Positions 58,461-64,000 of a stretch of 64,000 nt of DNA are shown here, in pieces. The stretch spans positions 1,408,001 through 1,472,000 of the forward strand of contig CAWGHO010000003.1 in assembly GCA_963822445.1 (NCBI GenBank), in the 5' to 3' direction. The notes under the pieces are model-generated. The model did not search any database. It worked only from the letters and a program-made list of their open reading frames with translations, and had not been told where the DNA came from. The position numbers were made by a program, and so were the translations under genes. Position 1 is the first letter of the stretch. Each line of letters opens with the position of its first letter. The DNA comes from an uncultured Acidobacteriota bacterium. Lineage in GTDB: Bacteria; Acidobacteriota; Thermoanaerobaculia; Gp7-AA8.

Positions 58461-58505
58461 TGGGTATAATTCCCGGATCGGTCCATCGATCCGGGAAGGA
58501 ATCCA

Positions 58506-61055
58506 ATGCTTCGGCGACTCATCATCTCTATCTGTGTGGGCTTCGTGTGCGCGGGTGCGTCCGCGGCGAACGACGATTCGAAGGCGAAGCACGTCCTCGT
58601 GCAGACCACGAGGAACCTGACCGAGACCGATCGCGCGGAGCTCGAAGCGGCGGGTCTGAAGATCGGGAAACCGGTGCCGGGCGGCAAGTTCCTGGCGCGT
58701 ATCGAGCCGGGCTCGCGCGCGAAGAACGACGCCCGCATCGCCGCGATCGAGCCGATCGCCGCGGATCGGAAGATTCACAAGTCCGCGCATCGCGAGGCCG
58801 GCCGAGCAAAGGCATTCGCCGAGCTGCGGGTTTTCTTCCACGACGACGTCACGCTCGATGACGCTCGGGCTGCCTTGTCCGAGGCTGGGGGATCGTTCGA
58901 GGCGCTGCAGAGTGAGCTCGGGTACGGCCGTCAGATCAAAGTGAAGCTGCCGGGCAACAAGCTCGCGGCGCTCGCGAACGACGATCGCGTGAAAACGATC
59001 ACCGATGCCGTCGTTCGGCGGAAGAAATCGCGCAATGCCACGTCAGCGGCTCTCTCGCGCGTCACCGACGTTCAGGCCTCGCCGTACTTTCTGACCGGTT
59101 ACAACGTCGATCTGTCGTTGTTCGAGGTCCTCGACTACGACGGCATTCAGCGCACGCATCCTGATTTCGGCGGCCGCGTCACTACGTACCCCCTTCCGTA
59201 CTTCAACCTCTACGACGACCACGCCACGCATGTGGCGGGAACGATGGGTGGCTCGGGCCTCGGAAACGCGGCAGCGAAAGGGATGGCGCCGGAATCAACA
59301 CTGAGTCTTCTGTCGGTCGAAGGGGACCACGAAGACATCCTCTGGAAGAAAGAGACGAGCGCCAACCAGCTCGACATCACCGCCGACAACAACTCCTGGG
59401 GCTACATCCTCGGCTGGGATTACTACGGAGGGACCTGGAACTGGGAAGAGCTCGAGGAGTACATGGGCGCGTACGACCTCTTTTACACGGCGCCGCTCGA
59501 CGCAATCGCCATCCAGGAGAACATCCTCTACGTCCACTCGGCCGGTAACGAGGGCCTGACGCCGAACCTCGGCGTGAACGGCGAGCACCGGCACTACTCG
59601 ACGGGCAACACCAAGTGGTGCTTCTCCCAGCCGAACATCGGTTGCCCATACCCGTGCGCGGGCGGCATCTACTGCGAGACCGTTCCCCATCCGGCGAATA
59701 CGCCGTGGACGACGATCGGGGACATGGAGAGCGCGAAGAACATCCTCACCGTCGGCGCGGTCGACGCGAACAAGAACCTCGCGAGTTTCAGCTCACGAGG
59801 TCCGGCTCTGGATGGCCGCGTGAAGCCCGAGCTCGTCGCGCGCGGCGTCTCGGTTCTCTCGACGGTGCCGACCGACGCCTACAGTCATATGTCAGGGACC
59901 TCGATGGCCGCGCCGGTGGTGACGGGCATCGCCGGTCTTCTCACCGAGCAGTGGCGCCTGACGTACGGCGGCGATCCGCTGATGACGACCCTGAAGACGC
60001 TGATGATCGCCGGCGCGGAGGACCTCGGCAATCCCGGTCCTGATTACTCTTACGGCTTCGGACTGGTCGACGCGAAAGCCGCCGTCGATCTGATCCTCGA
60101 GGACGACCGCATCCTCATCGGCGCGCTCGCTGAGGGGACGTCGATCTTCAACAACATCACGCTCGCCTCACCGCAGAACCTGCGGATCGTCCTCGGCTGG
60201 GCGGATCCTGACATCGAGTTCCTTGGCGGCGACGAGATCGCCGCGGTCGCGCTGGTCAACGATCTCGATGTGTTCGTGATCGGTCCTGACGGTACGGTCA
60301 CGTACCCGTACATCCTCGACAAGAACAATCCGTCGGCCGCGGCCACGCGTGGCCCGAATCGCACCGACAACGTGGAGATGATCGAGATCCCCAATGCCGC
60401 CGCCGGGACGTACCGCGTGGTCGTGCGGGGAGCGGACATCAACGATGCATCGCCGCAGGAATACGTCCTCGTCGCCAATGCCGGCGTGTCCGACCCGGTC
60501 GGGCAGCCGATCGCCCTGACAGCGACCGGCTCCGGTGCGCCGTCGGTGTCGGTGAGCTGGACCGCCGTCGGGACCGGCACCACATACGACGTCTACCGCC
60601 GCACCGGTCCTGGCGGAGCGACGCTTCTCGTTTCCGGCCTTACCAGCCCGAGCTATGTCGACGACGACGTCGACGCGAATTCGGCCTACGCCTATCACGT
60701 CAACGCGTATCTGACCGGGGGAGGCATGGTCCTCAGCAACGCCGATCTGGCGACGACGGTCACCTTCGACCCGACGCTCGCGGCTGGGAGCCCGATCCAG
60801 GTCGCCCACATCAATCAGCTGACCACGGTCGCGAATGCCGTCCGTGCCCTTGCCGGTCTCGGTGCGATCTCGTTCACGAACGCTCCGGCAGCTGGCGCGG
60901 CCATTCGCGCATCGCAGATGACGGAGCTGCGCGCCGGCATCACCGCGGCGCGAACGACGCTCGCGCTACCGGCCGCGGCGTTCTCGCGGACTGTCACCAG
61001 CGGGCTCGCGGTCCAGGCGACGGATTTCACCGAGGTCCGGTCCGCGTTGCAGTAG
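58506..61055 (+). CDS. Secreted S8 subtilase with FN3 and duplicated C-terminal tail module
   Basis: 'HATHVAGT', 'SAGNEG', 'FSSRGP..DGRVKP', 'GTSMAAP'. Confidence 0.92.
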   Translation: MLRRLIISICVGFVCAGASAANDDSKAKHVLVQTTRNLTETDRAELEAAGLKIGKPVPGGKFLARIEPGSRAKNDARIAAIEPIAADRKIHKSAHREAGRAKAFAELRVFFHDDVTLDDARAALSEAGGSFEALQSELGYGRQIKVKLPGNKLAALANDDRVKTITDAVVRRKKSRNATSAALSRVTDVQASPYFLTGYNVDLSLFEVLDYDGIQRTHPDFGGRVTTYPLPYFNLYDDHATHVAGTMGGSGLGNAAAKGMAPESTLSLLSVEGDHEDILWKKETSANQLDITADNNSWGYILGWDYYGGTWNWEELEEYMGAYDLFYTAPLDAIAIQENILYVHSAGNEGLTPNLGVNGEHRHYSTGNTKWCFSQPNIGCPYPCAGGIYCETVPHPANTPWTTIGDMESAKNILTVGAVDANKNLASFSSRGPALDGRVKPELVARGVSVLSTVPTDAYSHMSGTSMAAPVVTGIAGLLTEQWRLTYGGDPLMTTLKTLMIAGAEDLGNPGPDYSYGFGLVDAKAAVDLILEDDRILIGALAEGTSIFNNITLASPQNLRIVLGWADPDIEFLGGDEIAAVALVNDLDVFVIGPDGTVTYPYILDKNNPSAAATRGPNRTDNVEMIEIPNAAAGTYRVVVRGADINDASPQEYVLVANAGVSDPVGQPIALTATGSGAPSVSVSWTAVGTGTTYDVYRRTGPGGATLLVSGLTSPSYVDDDVDANSAYAYHVNAYLTGGGMVLSNADLATTVTFDPTLAAGSPIQVAHINQLTTVANAVRALAGLGAISFTNAPAAGAAIRASQMTELRAGITAARTTLALPAAAFSRTVTSGLAVQATDFTEVRSALQ

Positions 61056-61079
61056 CCAGCGGTTAAACTGCCGCTCCGA

Positions 61080-62339
61080 ATGACCGAGAACCTCGAACAC
61101 CTCATTTACGACTGGAACGTGGAAGGCGAACAGCCGCCCCGTCCGTCGCGAAAGATCGAGCTCGACGACGAGACTCTGCGCGATGGGCTGCAGTCGCCGT
61201 CGGTCACCGATCCGAGCATCGAGGACAAGCTCCGCATCCTCCATTACATGCATGCCATCGGCATCGACAACGCCGACATCGGCCTGCCCGGCGCGGGACC
61301 GCACGTGCAGAAGACCGTCGAGCGGCTGGCGCGGGAGATCGTCGAGCAGAAACTGTCGGTCTATCCCAGCGCCGCGGGGCGCACGCACGAGAACGACATC
61401 AAGCCGATCGTGGAGATCTCCCAGCGCGTCGGCATCGCCATCGAAGCGGACCTCTTCATCGGCTCGTCGCCGATCCGCCAGTTCGCCGAGGAGTGGGAGC
61501 TGGACTGGATCATCGAACAGTCGGCGAAGGCGGTGAAGTTCGCGGTCAGCCAGGGCATCCCGGTCATGTACGTGACCGAGGATACGACCAGGGCGAAACC
61601 GGACGACATCGAGAAGCTCTACACCGCGGCCATCGATGCGGGAGCGGTGCGGATCTGCATCGCCGACACGGTCGGGCACGCCACGCCGTGGGGCACGCGG
61701 AACCTGGTGAAGTTCGTCCGGAAGATCGTCGAGCGGACCAATCCCGCCGTGAAGGTGGACTGGCACGGACACCAGGATCGCGGGCTGGGCATCATCAACT
61801 GCATCGCCGCGCTGGAGGCGGGGGCGGATCGGGTTCACGGCTCGGCCGCGGGCATCGGCGAGCGCGTCGGCAACGCGCCGATGGACCTGCTGATGGTGAA
61901 CCTCAAGCTGATGGGCTGGATCGACAACGATCTGACCCAGCTGCCGGCCTACGTCCACCACGTTTCCCGCGTGACGAACGTACCACTGGATGACCGGTAC
62001 CCGGTTTTCGGCCGGGACGCGTTCCGCACGGGCACGGGAGTGCACGCCGCGGCGATCATCAAAGCGAAGAAGAAGGGAAGCGAGTGGCTCGCGGACCGTG
62101 TTTACTCCGGAGTTCCCGCGGGTATGTTCGGCCTGCGGCAGATCATCGAGGTCGGTCCGATGTGCGGCCTGTCCAACGTGATCTACTGGCTGGCCGCGAA
62201 CGGCTACCCGCAGGAAGAAACGCTGGCCAAAGAGATTTTCCAGCAGGCAAAGTCGACGAACCGCGTATTGACCGAGGATGAATTGCACGCGGCGGTTGGC
62301 CGATGGCGGGAAGCTGAGGAGAAAGTGATTAGTGGTTAG
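61080..62339 (+). CDS. leuA: 2-isopropylmalate synthase/homocitrate synthase family enzyme without a C-terminal regulatory domain
   Basis: 'DETLRDGLQ', 'ADTVG', 'HGHQDRG', 'GIGERVGN'. Confidence 0.75.
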   Translation: MTENLEHLIYDWNVEGEQPPRPSRKIELDDETLRDGLQSPSVTDPSIEDKLRILHYMHAIGIDNADIGLPGAGPHVQKTVERLAREIVEQKLSVYPSAAGRTHENDIKPIVEISQRVGIAIEADLFIGSSPIRQFAEEWELDWIIEQSAKAVKFAVSQGIPVMYVTEDTTRAKPDDIEKLYTAAIDAGAVRICIADTVGHATPWGTRNLVKFVRKIVERTNPAVKVDWHGHQDRGLGIINCIAALEAGADRVHGSAAGIGERVGNAPMDLLMVNLKLMGWIDNDLTQLPAYVHHVSRVTNVPLDDRYPVFGRDAFRTGTGVHAAAIIKAKKKGSEWLADRVYSGVPAGMFGLRQIIEVGPMCGLSNVIYWLAANGYPQEETLAKEIFQQAKSTNRVLTEDELHAAVGRWREAEEKVISG

Positions 62340-62436
62340 TCGTTAGTCGTTAGTAGCTATGAAGGCGACGGCGGCTCCGGTTCTACTAATCACTAACGAC
62401 TAACCACTAATCACTAACGACTAACGACTAACGACT
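62324..62436. repeat. Inverted heptamer array, (AGTCGTT)n ... (CGACTAA)n
   Basis: Left arm 62324-62356 contains the leuA stop; right arm 62383-62436 is longer. Confidence 0.9.
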
Positions 62437-62444
62437 CAACAAGG

Positions 62445-62531
62445 GCCCGAGTGGCGAAATGGCAGACGCAGCAGACTCAAAATCTGCCGAGGTCAACCCT
62501 CATGTCGGTTCGAGTCCGACCTCGGGCACCA
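62445..62531 (+). tRNA. tRNA-Leu(CAA)
   Basis: GCCCGAG/CTCGGGC acceptor stem; GCAGA-CTCAAAA-TCTGC anticodon arm; long variable arm; GGTTCGAG T loop; encoded CCA. Confidence 0.97.
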
Positions 62532-62575
62532 CACATTTACAAACACGCCTCGTGAAGGACCTAAACTTTTCCCCC

Positions 62576-64000
62576 ATGCGCCGCCTGCAGACTCTACTCG
62601 CCGTCTTCCTCGTTTCCACCGCCGCATTCGCCGTCGAGCCGACGCTCCGCCAGCCGGGCCGGGACATCGAAGGGCTGCGGCACATGATCGTGCACGCGAG
62701 CAAGCCGCTCACGCCGGAAGACCGGCAGGAGCTCGCCGCGAAAGGCGTCCTCGTCCAGCGGGCGATGACGAACGGGCGGTATCTCGCTCGCGTCGCGGAA
62801 GGGCGCACGGTCGCCGACGCGCGGGTCACGTCCATCGAGCCGCTGACCGTCGAGAAGAAGATCTCCCGCACGGCACTCCGCGAGACGGGCCGGGGCAAGA
62901 CCTGGGCGGAGCTCAACGTTTACTTTCACGACGACGTGAAGTTCGATGATGCCCGCGCGGCACTGCTTGCGGCGGGTGCGGCGATGGATCCGCTGTCGCT
63001 CGACTTCCTCGCGCCGCGACGCATCGTGGTGAAGATCGCCCCGGAGTCGCTCGAGGCCCTGGCGGCCGATGATCGCGTGCAGGCCGTAACCGGTCCCATG
63101 CGCTTCAAGATCAAGTCCGACAACGCCAAGTCCGCGGCGATGTCCCACGTCACCGAGCTGTTCAGCGCGCCGTACGACCTGAGCGGCGCCGGAGTGAACG
63201 TGTCGCTCTTCGAGCTCGGTACGGCCCAGGCTGATCACGTCGAGTTCGGCGGGCGTCTGACCGTCCAGCCACAGGTCGTCGGCGGCAGCAACTCGAACAA
63301 GAACCACGCCACGCACGTCGCCGGAACGATCGGCGCGTCCGGCGTCAACGCGCTGGCAAAGGGGATGGCCCCGAAGGCGAAGGTCTTCCAGTTCTGCGTC
63401 CGCTCGGGAGGCAACTCCTGCACTAACGATTTCCTGTCCGACAAAGACAAGGAGTTGAGCAAAGTCGGCTCGCGCGTCGACAACAATTCCTGGGGCTACG
63501 TCCTCGGCTGGGACCTCGACGAGTACTACGTCTGGAACGACGGCGAGGAGTTCTGGGGTGCGTACGAGCTCGAGCTGGTCTCGCCGATCGACGCCATCTC
63601 GCTCGAGCGGAACATCCTCTTCGTTCATTCAGCCGGCAACGACGGCGACGCACCAGGCTTCGCTGCGTTCTCTGAGCATCGTCACGTCGACGACGACTTC
63701 GACGTGATCAAGGACAAGCTCTTCTGCTACTCGATCAACGGCTCCGGCACGGACTGCCCGACGGCGATCTGCAACGGCACCGATTCGGCCGGCAAGTACG
63801 CCGGCTGCGAGATCAAGAAACATCACCCCTCCATCCCCTTCGACACGATCGGCATGGTCTCCTCGGGGAAGAACACCATCGCCGTCGGCGCGGTGCAGGA
63901 GAACGCCGCAGCGATCAACATCGCCGACTTCAGCTCGCGCGGTCCGGCCAAGGACGGCCGGGTGAAGCCCGATGTCGTCGCGCGTGGCGCCGGCGTCATC
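62576..64000 (+). CDS. Secreted S8 subtilase, paralog of 58506..61055 (runs off the right edge)
   Basis: Signal peptide; 'NHATHVAGT', 'DNNSWGY', 'SAGND', 'FSSRGPAKDGRVKPD'. Confidence 0.9.
   Translation, partial: MRRLQTLLAVFLVSTAAFAVEPTLRQPGRDIEGLRHMIVHASKPLTPEDRQELAAKGVLVQRAMTNGRYLARVAEGRTVADARVTSIEPLTVEKKISRTALRETGRGKTWAELNVYFHDDVKFDDARAALLAAGAAMDPLSLDFLAPRRIVVKIAPESLEALAADDRVQAVTGPMRFKIKSDNAKSAAMSHVTELFSAPYDLSGAGVNVSLFELGTAQADHVEFGGRLTVQPQVVGGSNSNKNHATHVAGTIGASGVNALAKGMAPKAKVFQFCVRSGGNSCTNDFLSDKDKELSKVGSRVDNNSWGYVLGWDLDEYYVWNDGEEFWGAYELELVSPIDAISLERNILFVHSAGNDGDAPGFAAFSEHRHVDDDFDVIKDKLFCYSINGSGTDCPTAICNGTDSAGKYAGCEIKKHHPSIPFDTIGMVSSGKNTIAVGAVQENAAAINIADFSSRGPAKDGRVKPDVVARGAGVI

Noticed and set aside
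62445-62531. tRNA-Leu as an integration site for an island
   Set aside because: No integrase and no duplicated tRNA 3' end seen within the window

Overview
A GC-rich bacterial chromosome window. Gene content suggests Acidobacteriota/Thermoanaerobaculia (inference from the TPR-CHAT proteases, the C-terminal RRRAVRH tail and the FN3 + 'KAxHxxELR' tails). From left to right it holds: a lipid-linked glycosylation cluster (two GT-C-like proteins, GT2, YdjC deacetylase, DedA/VTT, two methyltransferases); leuB; a ~9.6 kb island bounded by REP-like palindromes with two TPR-CHAT proteases, a protease-less TPR paralog, a zinc-finger microprotein and TerB; a MacAB-type ABC exporter; secreted enzymes sharing one C-terminal module (HzsA-like heme protein, M12 protease, S8 protease); a membrane TIR protein; a TonB-dependent receptor divergent from a speD-DUF4178-DUF350-speE-amine oxidase operon; a DUF4160/DUF2442 insertion flanked by 24-bp direct repeats; SPFH and zinc-ribbon genes; an S46 peptidase; yebC; an MFS transporter; an IS110 element; hbd-crt; leuA; tRNA-Leu(CAA); and a second S8 protease. 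Two signals stand out. (1) The IS110 ends, CC core, REP-like target and all four guide segments of a bridge RNA can be read directly from the sequence. (2) Five intergenic elements share one architecture, (7-8-mer)n-spacer-inverted (7-8-mer)n, each built from a different repeat unit. Several conserved genes carry single-base frameshifts that are probably sequencing or assembly errors. All family assignments come from motif recognition by eye, not database searches.
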